64,000 nucleotides of DNA, taken from the NCBI GenBank assembly GCA_018818205.1, contig JAHISJ010000026.1:29994-93993 (forward strand), in the 5' to 3' direction. Position numbers and translations under genes: made by a program. Numbering within the stretch: the stretch's first letter is position 1; every line of letters starts with the position of its first letter. Shown here piece after piece: positions 1 through 10,085 of this stretch. The DNA comes from Patescibacteria group bacterium (GTDB lineage: Bacteria; Patescibacteriota; JABMPQ01; JAHIRA01). Under the pieces are notes generated by a model that made no database searches, was not told the DNA's origin, and saw nothing but the letters and a program-made list of their open reading frames with translations.

Positions 1-1
1 T

Positions 2-328
2 GCGATTGAATCGACCCACGAATATAAAGGACTCTACCACGTACTGCACGGTGCGCTCTCACCCATAGACAATATAAACCCGGAAAATCTTAAGATTAAT
101 GAACTTGTTTTACGTGCTAAGAAAGATAAAGAAAAGCCGGAAGAAGTTATTATTGCAACAAACCCTTCACTTGAGGGTGAGGCGACGGCTATGTATATTG
201 TTAAGCTTTTAAGGCCACTCAATATTAATACCACGCGCATTGCGCGCGGTCTCCCTGTAGGCAGTGACCTTGAGTATGCGGATGAGATTACTATTGGGCA
301 AGCGCTTCTGGGTAGACGAGAGATGTAG
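2..328 (+). CDS. recR: Recombination protein RecR, C-terminal fragment (Toprim region); the 5' part lies outside the window
   Basis: Frame-2 translation from the window edge reads [30 protein letters not shown]...[22 protein letters not shown]...[24 protein letters not shown], which is the conserved RecR C-terminal region. Stop at about 326-328. Confidence 0.8.
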   Translation, partial: AIESTHEYKGLYHVLHGALSPIDNINPENLKINELVLRAKKDKEKPEEVIIATNPSLEGEATAMYIVKLLRPLNINTTRIARGLPVGSDLEYADEITIGQALLGRREM

Positions 329-339
329 ACACGCCTTCA

Positions 340-386
340 TTCAAAACCAAAAAAATACGTAAACTTTTACGTATTTTTTTTACTTT
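340..386. terminator. Bidirectional intrinsic terminator between convergent recR and rplU
   Basis: AAAAAAATACGTAAACTTTTACGTATTTTTTTT is a perfect hairpin flanked by an A-run and a T-run. Confidence 0.6.
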
Positions 387-399
387 ATTGTCTTGATCA

Positions 400-708
400 C
401 TACACACTCGTAATCTTCACCTGTGTATAATTCTGCCGATGTCCAAACTTTCTTCTATATCGCTTTTTTGATTTATACTTAACCCCAACAATCTTATCAT
501 CTTTGTATTCTTTTACCACCTCACCTTTTACTGTTTTACCCTTAAGTGTAGGTTTTCCGACCTCTACTTTGTCACCATCGGCAATGCACAGAACATCTTT
601 AAATTCGACTGCATCTTTTTCCTTTTTGTCGAGTTTCTCAACGTCTAAAACATCGTCTTTTGAGACAATATATTGCTTTCCACCAGTTTTAATGACTGCA
701 AATTTCAT
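400..708 (-). CDS. rplU: 50S ribosomal protein L21
   Basis: MKFAVIKTGGKQYIVSKDDVLDVEKL... matches the L21 N-terminus. The ORF-track start at 786 is an in-frame upstream extension; the Met at 708 gives the canonical 102-aa length. Confidence 0.85.
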   Translation of the reverse strand: MKFAVIKTGGKQYIVSKDDVLDVEKLDKKEKDAVEFKDVLCIADGDKVEVGKPTLKGKTVKGEVVKEYKDDKIVGVKYKSKKRYRRKFGHRQNYTQVKITSV

Positions 709-830
709 TTCTTTTCCTTTAATAAACACTATTATTGTACCAAAAAAATGAGCAGTGTCAAGCGGGAAATAAAAAAAAGCCGCCATTTTTTACTTGGCAG
801 CAATGTATCGATGTAAAACAAGTCACGAAA

Positions 831-2147
831 TTAAAATATTGGATCATCATTTTGAAAATCAATCTCAGGATTAACGACAGGTAGTGGTGAATCATCCTCT
901 TCAGGAATAATCTCATATTCAACCCAAACAACCTTGTCCTTAATGTGCCTAAGTTTTGCACTTACCTTTCCCAAAGAAGAAACGGAAAGCTCGTAAGGCT
1001 TATTAATATGTGGCTTTTCATTTCCAAATTGGAATCGATCAGAAAAGTTTGTTTGAATTTTCGCCTCTAAACGTCGTAAAATCTCTTTATGGTCCTCATG
1101 TAGAAGTCCGCAACGATCGGTTTTTTTTACCATTAACAACGCATTGTCACCACGTTTCTTAAGATCGGTTGTAATTAATGAATTATCATGCAAAAAAAGA
1201 AATTCATTTGGCAATGCATCGTGCACTCTATGCTCTTCGTCATGCCAGAACACTTCCCACATAACTTTTCCCTCAAAATTTGAAAGAAACTTTCTTGTCC
1301 GATCCCTTTCATCTTGCCACCCTGCACCTAAACAATCAGTCCACGTTGAATGCAAAGTAAAATATAAAGGAGTAACAAAACGTAAATAACGAATCGTGTA
1401 ATCTTCATAGGGATAGACAATTTTTGAAACCCTTTCTTCATCAAGACTGACTTCATGATACAACGCATCAACGTATATCTCTCCAAAGGTAGAATAATGA
1501 TCGAGACATGAGTAGCTTCTACGCCAAACTGAACTTCCATCAAAAAAAAGAATATGTAATGATTCGCTCTCAAAGAGTGCATCACAAATAGCATAAGGAA
1601 TATCACCTTTAACTACAAAACTGCCTTGTTCAATGTCCCATACTGCAAAGCGATCTTGTGAAAACGCAACAAGTTTACTCCCCTGTTCATTAAATTTCAT
1701 CCCTAAAATAGTTTGTCCAAAAAAATCACTAAATAGTTTGGATTTTTTATTAGAGTCTTCAAGCGAACGAATGACGACAGCTCCATTCCTAAGACCAAAC
1801 GCAATTTTATTTCCACAGGGATCAATCGCGCATAATGCTTCTTGTGGTCGTTCAAATTCCTCAATAAAGACTAAACCGTTTTCAAACAGTACGCTCAATT
1901 GATGCAATAAGAAACTGCTAGAAGTTTCGACACATAAATATGACCTGTTCATTGAGAGACTCAATGTCTCAGCGTGTCTGTCTTCCAAGTCAATAAATCC
2001 AAACCATCTCTTAGCTTTCCGAGAAAATACACCCAAGACATTCGCTCTAGTTAAAATGACAATAAAATCCCTATTTAGTACTCCCTGTTTAAGTACCTCT
2101 TTAAATAAATCTCGTTTCATAAATAGTGGAAAAACATATTTTTCCAA
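831..2147 (-). CDS. Hypothetical protein, probable beta-propeller (WD40-like) fold
   Basis: 438-aa ORF with repeated strand-like segments (FAVWDIEQGSFVVKG, GAVVIRSLED). No catalytic motif recognised. Confidence 0.4.
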   Translation of the reverse strand: MEKYVFPLFMKRDLFKEVLKQGVLNRDFIVILTRANVLGVFSRKAKRWFGFIDLEDRHAETLSLSMNRSYLCVETSSSFLLHQLSVLFENGLVFIEEFERPQEALCAIDPCGNKIAFGLRNGAVVIRSLEDSNKKSKLFSDFFGQTILGMKFNEQGSKLVAFSQDRFAVWDIEQGSFVVKGDIPYAICDALFESESLHILFFDGSSVWRRSYSCLDHYSTFGEIYVDALYHEVSLDEERVSKIVYPYEDYTIRYLRFVTPLYFTLHSTWTDCLGAGWQDERDRTRKFLSNFEGKVMWEVFWHDEEHRVHDALPNEFLFLHDNSLITTDLKKRGDNALLMVKKTDRCGLLHEDHKEILRRLEAKIQTNFSDRFQFGNEKPHINKPYELSVSSLGKVSAKLRHIKDKVVWVEYEIIPEEDDSPLPVVNPEIDFQNDDPIF

Positions 2148-2219
2148 AACATCCTCCTTTTTTTAAAACCAAAGATCAAAGCCTCACATTATATATAAAA
2201 AAAGGCAATACGTCAATAG

Positions 2220-3299
2220 CTACGCTACTTTTTTTGTTTTCCTTGCAATGAAAATGAGACTACAGAAAATAAGTACACCAAAAAGCGCAAAAAGAATAAT
2301 TTTTGTCTTCCCCTCAAACGTAAGCGCAATAACCCCCAAAATAGCAGAAACTGAGTAAATAATAAGAACGATGCTCCTAGTAGAAAGCCCAAGAGCTTTA
2401 AGTCTAAAGTGAAGATGCTTAGTATCCGCTGTTTTAACCGGCGACTGCTTCTTCCATATCCGCTCTATAAGCACAAACGTAAGATCAATAATAGGAATAC
2501 TCATAATCAAAAGCGCCGTTGCGAGTTTACCGCCTGAAATAATGGAAAGAGTACCTATCATAAACCCCGCAAACGTACTCCCCCCTTCTCCAAGGAAAAT
2601 CTTTGCCGGGTAAAAATTCCAAAACAGAAATCCAAAGAACGATCCTGCTAGAATAAGTGAAAGTAACGCTGTCTCCGGCTGCATTATCTGCTCCTTCATG
2701 CTCAAAAAGAACAGTACCACACCGGCAATGACCGTAAGACCGGAAACCAAGCCATCTAGTCCATCAAGTATCTTGGTAGTATACGTCATACCTAAGAGCC
2801 ACAAAATAGTAAACAAGTCAGCAAGAAGCACAAAGAAATAGGGGAGAGAATTAATCGTAAAAAGGTGAACCTTGATTGTCTCAAGATCAAACGCGGTGCC
2901 AAAAGGATTAGAAATGTAGGAAATGCCAATGCCAGAGACTATGACAATAATTGCTGAGACAAGCGGAAACAAAAATTGATACCGCGGCCTCAGTGAGTAT
3001 TTATCATCGAGTATTCCTCCCACAATAAGCACTGTAGATGCAAACAAAATGCCAAGAATGTGTTTTGGGAGTAAATAGCCGCCCAAAAGATCATCAGTAA
3101 AAAAAGTTACGAGTAAAACAACACTGGCAAAGCTCAAAAAAATACCAACTCCTCCAAGTAGCGGGGTTGGTTTTGTGTGAATCTTCCTCTTCTCTGATGG
3201 TAAATCAATAATAGAAAAACGAAGTGCAACTTTTTTTACACCAAACGTAAATATAAAGGAAAGAAGTGCAGCACTAATAAATGCAACAAAAAATATCAC
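2220..3299 (-). CDS. Polyprenyl-phosphate N-acetylhexosamine-1-phosphate transferase (WecA/TagO/MraY family)
   Basis: About 10 TM segments; DDxxD-type motif (ILDDKYSL) and the LDGLDGL motif characteristic of the MraY/WecA family. Confidence 0.75.
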   Translation of the reverse strand: MIFFVAFISAALLSFIFTFGVKKVALRFSIIDLPSEKRKIHTKPTPLLGGVGIFLSFASVVLLVTFFTDDLLGGYLLPKHILGILFASTVLIVGGILDDKYSLRPRYQFLFPLVSAIIVIVSGIGISYISNPFGTAFDLETIKVHLFTINSLPYFFVLLADLFTILWLLGMTYTTKILDGLDGLVSGLTVIAGVVLFFLSMKEQIMQPETALLSLILAGSFFGFLFWNFYPAKIFLGEGGSTFAGFMIGTLSIISGGKLATALLIMSIPIIDLTFVLIERIWKKQSPVKTADTKHLHFRLKALGLSTRSIVLIIYSVSAILGVIALTFEGKTKIILFALFGVLIFCSLIFIARKTKKVA

Positions 3300-3308
3300 G
3301 TAAGCAAT

Positions 3309-4814
3309 TTATGATTTTCTAAATTTTTGTGTCGTCCAAAACCCCATTCGCTTGCCAAACATCATACGTGTCTGAGCATCAATCGCCGGAAACGATCCAA
3401 GAAAAATAGTGGTAATGGGTAAAAAGAACCACTGGAGAAACATCATGACAAATCGACCACCACCATATTTTTTGGGTCTCTCGGGAAGCAAGAACAGGTT
3501 AAGCGTTGCTGAAATAAACATACCAACCATAGAAAACGTCATCAGCCACTGAGTAATGAGTGGAAGATTTTGTGCAAGAAGTGTTGTTTTAAATGCATCT
3601 CCTCCAACAATAAGCGGCAGCCACCCTAAAATAAAAATCATAAGCGCGTTAGTCGCCCACGAGTGAAACCCTTCAATCACCCTAAATCCATGTGAGAGCT
3701 TACTTGAAAACGGAATTTTTTTATTATGTCTAAAGTTCAGAAAGATATACGGTATATTCTCACTCCCCCATGCCCATCTCCGTTGCTGCTTATACTGATT
3801 GATAATACTTTTAGAGTACGTATCGGCAAGCACGGTATCCATATATACCGGGATCAAAAGCGGCTCGGTACGGTAATTTCCATTATACCGCATAAAACAC
3901 TGCCAAAAAATATGTGAATCTTCCGACACAAAATCAGTGTCCCAAAAATCAACATCAACCAATGCCTTAAAGCTCATGCTATGTGATGAAAAGGTATAGA
4001 GTCTCTCAGGGCGTGCCTGTTCCATAAGCATCCAAAACGTGTTACTCATAGCAACAACACGCATAAGCGCCGGTGCATCCCAAAAATTATTAAAAAACAT
4101 AGGCACTGGCTGATAGCTCGCGTGCAAAGGATCGTCAGTGTTAAAGAAGACATACGTAAGTCTAGCAAAATACTCCGGATGAACACACGTATCTACATCA
4201 AGGGTTGATACCAAAATATCTTCGTACGCTATCCCCTTTTCATCAATATATTCCTTCACTCTTCTCCCCGCCCATGCTTCATTTGAGCCTTTTCCGGGGA
4301 TCTCGCCTTCAAGATCTTTTGGATGCACCGTTATCATGAAGTGATGGAATATATCTCCAAACTCGTCCTTAATAATCTGAGCATTCTTCATGCCCCGCTC
4401 CTTATCACGTTCCTCAATAGCAAGCACAACGATCATCTTCTCGTTTGAGTAATTTGAGTTCACTAGTGCCTCAAATGTTGGCCGTACAATATTTATTTCC
4501 TCTTTATATGTAGGGATAATAACAAGATGATACAGCTCGTCACATTTTTTTATGTCATGAAGCTTGGCATGCCAATCGATTTTTGTGTTCTTTTTAATTT
4601 GCTTAAACGATCTAATCAAAAATGATGCCAAGTAGACTACACGAATAAGCCAATACACGTCAAAACAAATAATAAATATTGCGACAGGAATGGGATGTGT
4701 AAAAGAAAAAATAAAACAGGCGATAATCGTTGCCCAGGAAAGAAACCCAGGCATTATCCCTAATGCTCTGTAAAAAGCTTTGTCATAGCGACCATGCACA
4801 ACAAAATTACTCAT
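3309..4814 (-). CDS. Membrane-bound family-2 (GT2) glycosyltransferase, probable processive polysaccharide synthase
   Basis: N- and C-terminal TM blocks; DxD-like motifs (LDVDT, DVDFWDTD) and the QxxRW motif (QQRRWAWG) typical of processive GT2 synthases. Confidence 0.7.
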   Translation of the reverse strand: MSNFVVHGRYDKAFYRALGIMPGFLSWATIIACFIFSFTHPIPVAIFIICFDVYWLIRVVYLASFLIRSFKQIKKNTKIDWHAKLHDIKKCDELYHLVIIPTYKEEINIVRPTFEALVNSNYSNEKMIVVLAIEERDKERGMKNAQIIKDEFGDIFHHFMITVHPKDLEGEIPGKGSNEAWAGRRVKEYIDEKGIAYEDILVSTLDVDTCVHPEYFARLTYVFFNTDDPLHASYQPVPMFFNNFWDAPALMRVVAMSNTFWMLMEQARPERLYTFSSHSMSFKALVDVDFWDTDFVSEDSHIFWQCFMRYNGNYRTEPLLIPVYMDTVLADTYSKSIINQYKQQRRWAWGSENIPYIFLNFRHNKKIPFSSKLSHGFRVIEGFHSWATNALMIFILGWLPLIVGGDAFKTTLLAQNLPLITQWLMTFSMVGMFISATLNLFLLPERPKKYGGGRFVMMFLQWFFLPITTIFLGSFPAIDAQTRMMFGKRMGFWTTQKFRKS

Positions 4815-4819
4815 ACCAG

Positions 4820-5212
4820 TTAAAAAAGAGTTTTTTGTAAATTAAATATCCACAGTAATGCAATAACTAAAATCACTTGTACAAGCACGCTTGTGATATT
4901 GAGAAACGACGCAATAAATACGTCTTTCTTATAAATCACCGTTGAAAGTGCATAGTTTATTATAATGATTGCCGCACCGATAATCGGGATCAAGTAGAGT
5001 CTCGACCAAACGTCAACTAAGTCAATACCCTGATAAATATTGTAATGGAGCGGAAGTGGGTAGTCATCAGGTTTTGCAAAAAAATACATCAAAAACCACA
5101 TCACAATATTTAAAAGCACTGCAGTAAACGCAATAATAATACCTGAACGATTGGGAACAAACCGCTCAAATAGCGACTCTTTCTTCTGATGTGCTGTACT
5201 GCTTTTTTTCAT
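4820..5212 (-). CDS. Small integral membrane protein (3 TM), hypothetical; possibly a GtrA-like partner of the GT2 synthase
   Basis: 130-aa hydrophobic ORF directly downstream of the GT2 gene. Its start overlaps the 3' end of the next glycosyltransferase by about 47 nt. Confidence 0.4.
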   Translation of the reverse strand: MKKSSTAHQKKESLFERFVPNRSGIIIAFTAVLLNIVMWFLMYFFAKPDDYPLPLHYNIYQGIDLVDVWSRLYLIPIIGAAIIIINYALSTVIYKKDVFIASFLNITSVLVQVILVIALLWIFNLQKTLF

Positions 5213-6341
5213 GATACTCAGTTATCAAACGTAGCATACGCTTTGCCGTTTCTTCAACGGAAAACATACTTAAACGTTTGTTTGCTCGGCTTGTTAAACG
5301 ATTCCTTACCTCTGGTGATGTTAACATGGTATACAGTGCCTCGCTAAGCTCATATACATTGCACGGATCAATAAGGAGTGCCGCATTCCCAATAATTTCA
5401 AAAATCGACGAATGCGCTCCCGCGATTATGGGTGTTCCTGCTTCTGCGGCCTCAAGAAGAGGGAATCCAAACCCTTCGTAAAACGAGGGGTACACGAACA
5501 CAGACGCTGCTTCAAAAAGAGCATCCTTATCTTCTGGATCAATAAACCCAGTGAAGTGAATCTTGTCAAAATCACCTCTCTCTTGATACGAAGTAAACAT
5601 CTCGCGCATTTTCCACCCGGGAGCTCCAGCTACTACGAGCGAATATTCTGGAAGTTTCTTACTAACTGCACTAAACGCCTCAATGAGTGCCGGTAAATTC
5701 TTCCGTGGTTCAATAGTACCCATAAATAATATGTACTTTTTGGGTAATTGGTATTTCTCCCGTAACTCTGCGCGGGTTACCTTCTCTTCTGATGCTTTCT
5801 TTATAATACCAGAATGAATCGTATGTACTTTAGAATGATCAATATTGTACGTTTCTATAATATCATGTTTAGTAGAATCTGAAACGGCAACAATACAATC
5901 TGCCCCGCGAGCGATTTTTTGTGGATTAACAAATATATGCCACAATCGCCTCTTTGTCGTTAAAAATTCTTTGAAATGCTCAAACGATAGATCATGAAAC
6001 GTTACTATTTTTTTAGCATCATCACTTACCGCTTCAAACAAAATGTTAGGCATAAAAAAAACATCCACTGACTTTAAAAGCTTGTCAATCTTCGGATAGT
6101 TAAAGTAATGGAGCGAAAAATTAAAAAGTTTGTTTGGAATAGAGTATTCAATCAGCTCAACATTGTCAAACCGCTCAAAAAATGACTTTGGGAACTGAAC
6201 CGTATTATATCCATTAAAGAAGAGTTTAAACCGAACCCCACTACCCTTGGTAAACAAGGAATCTAAAAGTTGTAGCACATACTCCTCTACTCCCGTACGC
6301 TTGCCTGAAACAAGCGGTCGTAAATCGATACCAACAACCAT
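5166..6341 (-). CDS. Glycosyltransferase, group 1 (GT4 family)
   Basis: MVVGIDLRPLVSGKRTGVEEY... N-terminus and a C-terminal EGFGFPLLEAAEAGTPII retaining GT-B motif. Confidence 0.75.
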   Translation of the reverse strand: MVVGIDLRPLVSGKRTGVEEYVLQLLDSLFTKGSGVRFKLFFNGYNTVQFPKSFFERFDNVELIEYSIPNKLFNFSLHYFNYPKIDKLLKSVDVFFMPNILFEAVSDDAKKIVTFHDLSFEHFKEFLTTKRRLWHIFVNPQKIARGADCIVAVSDSTKHDIIETYNIDHSKVHTIHSGIIKKASEEKVTRAELREKYQLPKKYILFMGTIEPRKNLPALIEAFSAVSKKLPEYSLVVAGAPGWKMREMFTSYQERGDFDKIHFTGFIDPEDKDALFEAASVFVYPSFYEGFGFPLLEAAEAGTPIIAGAHSSIFEIIGNAALLIDPCNVYELSEALYTMLTSPEVRNRLTSRANKRLSMFSVEETAKRMLRLITEYHEKKQYSTSEERVAI

Positions 6342-6967
6342 TATTTCTCTTCGTTACTTCCTTTCAAAAAAAGATACTCATACAAAAAGACAAGTGCGAT
6401 TGAGATAAAAAGACCGCAGACAAGCCCAAAAACAAACGCAAGCAGTGGATCAACCTTTTGAGAATTCTTTATATATTCACCCGTTACAACGTCAAAAGAG
6501 TTAGTGTTTTCATCTGTGCTTTCAAGAGCTTGTACTTTTTCTGACATGACATCGCTTACCGCTGTTGCAACTTTTTCCGTTACTTCCGGATCAGCATGTT
6601 TAACTGTTACCGTAACTAAATGTGATGACTTCTGTCTCGCTTTAATACTCTTGATACGAGATTGGATTGAAGAATCATCAGATACTTGTGCGTTAGTATA
6701 AATTTCTTGCACCACATCAGGAGACGCAAGCATGCCGACAACAGTGTTTGAAACATACTCAGCTGCTTGTACTGAGTAATAATTATCGTACTGAAAATCC
6801 TCTGTTGTTTCACGATTTACTCTATGCACTGTAAGAGACATATCCACAACATGTTTTTCTGGAATAAGATATGCGGCAAAAAGCGCAACCAACGCCACAA
6901 TAAGCGTCATTGCCACTATTTGTATTTTTTTCTTGAAGATGATGTCTAAGTAGGATCGCGTGTTCAT
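6341..6967 (-). CDS. Wzz/polysaccharide co-polymerase-like chain-length determinant
   Basis: 208 aa with one N-terminal and one C-terminal TM helix flanking a hydrophilic periplasmic domain. The C-terminal TM (FVFGLVCGLFISIALVFLYEY) is Wzz-like. Located in the polysaccharide locus. Confidence 0.5.
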   Translation of the reverse strand: MNTRSYLDIIFKKKIQIVAMTLIVALVALFAAYLIPEKHVVDMSLTVHRVNRETTEDFQYDNYYSVQAAEYVSNTVVGMLASPDVVQEIYTNAQVSDDSSIQSRIKSIKARQKSSHLVTVTVKHADPEVTEKVATAVSDVMSEKVQALESTDENTNSFDVVTGEYIKNSQKVDPLLAFVFGLVCGLFISIALVFLYEYLFLKGSNEEK

Positions 6968-6976
6968 AAGATTTTG

Positions 6977-8083
6977 TTAACGTTTCGCTTGAAAATGTTT
7001 CTCGCATTCTTGTTCAAAATACTCCTTCATTTTAGCTTTAAATACAGCAGTGTCAAATTGCAACGCATGGTTACGAATCTCTTGAGGGTTATATTTGCTT
7101 GCATCAAAATCTCTAATAACATCAACAATATCCCACGGCATCTGTTCCTCAAAAAACTCACCCGTTTTGCCTTCAATGATAGTCTCTTTGGCACCTCCTG
7201 CCTTGTAGGCAATCACTGGTCTTCCCGACGCCATTGCCTCAAGAGCTGCAATGCCAAAATCTTCTTCCTGCGGATGTATAAACGCTTTGCATCGTGAAAG
7301 GTAGTAAGCAACTTTATCGTTGGACAGAGGTCCTAAAAATTCAATATTATCGCCTGCCATCTTTTTTAACTTTTCAGTCTCCTCTCCCGCACCAATAATC
7401 TTAAGAGGATATTCCAGAGCATTAAACGCTTGAATGGCTAAATCAACACGCTTGTAAGGTCTGAGTCTACTTACAATCAAATAGTAATCTTCAACCTCAT
7501 CTGAAATAGAAAATCGATCAGTGTCAACAGGCGGATAAATAATTTTGCTACCCCGTTGATAGTACTTTTTTATTCTTTTTTGAACAATCTCAGAATTAGC
7601 AACAAAGCTATCCACACGATCAGCAGCAAGCCTATCCCATAATCTAATCCTGCTCAAAACTACCGGCAACGCTTGTTTAATAATACTTGGCTGTTTTAGT
7701 TCCTCCGTGTAATCATGTGTATCACTCCAAAGATACCGTGTTGGAGAATGGCAGTAACACAAATGCAATGAATTTGGACTGGTAATAACGCCTTTAGCAT
7801 ACGCAGAACTATCAGAGATAACAACATCATATTTTGTCAGGTCAAGGCTCTCTATAGCTGCGGGCATCAAAGACAAATACCACTTATATCGCTTAATGCC
7901 AAAAGGCAAGTTTTGAATAAATGATGTTCGAATATCAAGGTCCTTAAATACACCATATGTTTCCTCTGGATCATGCGTGATTGTGTATATAGGTGCTTTT
8001 GGAAAAAGTTCATGAAAAACCTGCAGGACCTTCTCGGCCCCGCCTACTTGATTCAAAAAATCATGGACAAGTGCTACTTTCAT
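6977..8083 (-). CDS. Glycosyltransferase, group 1 (GT4 family)
   Basis: MKVALVHDFLNQVGGAEKV... and C-terminal FGIAALEAMASGRPVIAY motif. Confidence 0.75.
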   Translation of the reverse strand: MKVALVHDFLNQVGGAEKVLQVFHELFPKAPIYTITHDPEETYGVFKDLDIRTSFIQNLPFGIKRYKWYLSLMPAAIESLDLTKYDVVISDSSAYAKGVITSPNSLHLCYCHSPTRYLWSDTHDYTEELKQPSIIKQALPVVLSRIRLWDRLAADRVDSFVANSEIVQKRIKKYYQRGSKIIYPPVDTDRFSISDEVEDYYLIVSRLRPYKRVDLAIQAFNALEYPLKIIGAGEETEKLKKMAGDNIEFLGPLSNDKVAYYLSRCKAFIHPQEEDFGIAALEAMASGRPVIAYKAGGAKETIIEGKTGEFFEEQMPWDIVDVIRDFDASKYNPQEIRNHALQFDTAVFKAKMKEYFEQECEKHFQAKR

Positions 8084-8087
8084 ATAT

Positions 8088-9512
8088 TTACGAAAAATTT
8101 CTTCTCTTTAGTAACGTGAAGGGAGTTTTAAGGAGTATCTGTAAATCAGTGGCAAACGACCAGTTTTCCATATAGTACACATCAAGTTTAAACTCGTCGT
8201 TAAAATCAAGATCGGAACGCCCACTAATCTGTGCGAGCCCCGTAATGCCCGGTTTCATAGTAAGGATTCTTGTGTGTTGCTTGTCGTAGTTTGCAACCTC
8301 CCGTGGCTGGTGTGGCCGTGGACCAACTAAACTCATATTACCCATAAAAACGTTGAACAATTGTGGTAACTCGTCTAAACTTGTTCGTTCTAAAAACTTA
8401 CCAAGTTTAGTGCGTCGTGGGTCATCAATAACCTTGTAGATGGGCCCCTTCCGCGTACTTTTTTCTTGGATAAGCTCTTTTTCATACTCCAGTGCCTTCT
8501 TTCCTCCATATTCAGTACCAGTACAGTATTCTAATTTCATTGAACGAAGCTTGTACGTATTAAATTCTTTCCCTTTATACCCAACGCGTTTATTCCTGTA
8601 AATAACCGGCCCCGGTGAATCCATTTTAACAATAAGTGCAATAACTGCAAACAGTGGCAAGCAGAGTATGATACCAATGACAGCTGCAATCAAATCAAGT
8701 GTCCTTTTGACTATTCTTCCCCATCCATCAAGTGGTGTTTGCCTCAAGGAGACAATAGGGATACCGGCTAACGTTGTAACATCAATATTGGTTGCCTTGG
8801 TTTCAAAGAAATCAGGAATATAACGATAATCGATTCTAAACTCATCTGCAAGTTGAATAAGCTTTACATTTTTACGTTTATCAAGAGTGGGGTCGCCGTT
8901 GATAATTTCATCAACTCTTCCTTTTTCAAGATTATTCGTAATTTTTTTAAATTCCTCTTTATCAAGCTCCTTAAAATGGTTCATGACTCTATACCCCGCA
9001 TGCGGTTCCTCATGAAAAAATCTGACAAGAGACTTGCACACCTGGTTATCACCAATAACCACCACTCGTCTTACACCATAATCATACTTATACAGATAAC
9101 TTCTGACTCGCCTTACCATAAACCGCCCAAACGTAACCAGAAGCGTTGCCAGAATCCAGTTTGCAATCACAATAAACCGAGATGAAAACAGCTCGTGTCT
9201 AAAAAAGATAAAAATAATCGCACCCATCATCCCTGCAGAAACACCAATAAACACCCTATAGAGATCATCAACGAGGCGCTGTTGCCGTTTAATTTTGTAC
9301 AGCCCGGTAAGTGCAAAGATTCCTATCCAAATGGGAATCATTAAAAGCACCAGTGCAAAATACTCACCAAATGGTAACTCAAATTGCACCGGTCTAATTC
9401 CCTCAATCGTCTGAGAAAAACGAAGGGAATACACAAGAAGCGATGCAATAAGAAGCATCACAAAATCAACGGGAATGAGTAAAACTGTAAAAACAAGTTC
9501 TGCTCTCTTCAA
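8088..9512 (-). CDS. Polyprenyl-phosphate glycosyl-1-phosphate transferase (WbaP/CpsE bacterial sugar transferase family)
   Basis: N-terminal TM domain and a C-terminal sugar-transferase domain with KLRSM...DELPQLFNVFMGNMSLVGPRP. Confidence 0.8.
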   Translation of the reverse strand: MKRAELVFTVLLIPVDFVMLLIASLLVYSLRFSQTIEGIRPVQFELPFGEYFALVLLMIPIWIGIFALTGLYKIKRQQRLVDDLYRVFIGVSAGMMGAIIFIFFRHELFSSRFIVIANWILATLLVTFGRFMVRRVRSYLYKYDYGVRRVVVIGDNQVCKSLVRFFHEEPHAGYRVMNHFKELDKEEFKKITNNLEKGRVDEIINGDPTLDKRKNVKLIQLADEFRIDYRYIPDFFETKATNIDVTTLAGIPIVSLRQTPLDGWGRIVKRTLDLIAAVIGIILCLPLFAVIALIVKMDSPGPVIYRNKRVGYKGKEFNTYKLRSMKLEYCTGTEYGGKKALEYEKELIQEKSTRKGPIYKVIDDPRRTKLGKFLERTSLDELPQLFNVFMGNMSLVGPRPHQPREVANYDKQHTRILTMKPGITGLAQISGRSDLDFNDEFKLDVYYMENWSFATDLQILLKTPFTLLKRRNFS

Positions 9513-9564
9513 AATGATCCCTTTATTCTACAAATATTTTCTTGCAAATAGTCGTATTCGCAAG

Positions 9565-9995
9565 AAAGTGCATAAACAATAAATAAGCCGGATTCTGTAA
9601 CCTACGTTTTTCAAGTACTTAGCGCTTCTAAACATTTAAGCTAGGCTCTAACCTAGAAGCACTACGGGCACTAGTACCTAAAACTAGATGATAATCATTT
9701 ATCTAGCCCCGCTATTGCTAACGGAGTCAAACGACCTACCTATTTGGTCTTTCACCAGGTGGGGTTTGCCACTCATCCTGCTCACGCAGGAGAGAAGATA
9801 GTAGCTTCAAAAAGAAACATCTATCAACTTTTCACGTTTATCTAGCTTAAAAAAGCTAGATAGTATAGTCTCTGTGGCACTTTCCCTACCCCAACACTTT
9901 TTATGAAAAAGGTTGGGACGGTTGGCGTTACCAACCACCCTTATTATGGTGTCCGGACTTTCCTCCATGTACCGTGCTTGCACTGGTTCATGGCG
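9565..9995 (-). ncRNA. rnpB: RNase P RNA (bacterial type A)
   Basis: The minus strand carries GGAGGAAAGTCCGGACACC (P4 5' strand, CR-I; plus coordinates about 9950-9968), GGTAACGCCAACC and AGTGCCACAGAGAC (P10-P12 region), and ACAGAATCCGGCTTAT (CR-V, P4 3' strand; about 9581-9597). Ends are approximate. Confidence 0.75.
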
Positions 9996-10085
9996 ATTAT
10001 CTATATTGTGAATGCACATACCAAAAATGGTAGTAATACTATATCCAAATGGAGTCGATTTGTCAATGAAAATAATGCCTCTTCT

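Noticed and set aside
758-961. ORF 758..961 (-) between rplU and the 438-aa gene
   Set aside because: It overlaps the 3' end of the 438-aa ORF start region and the rplU upstream region. It has an unconvincing start and no support.
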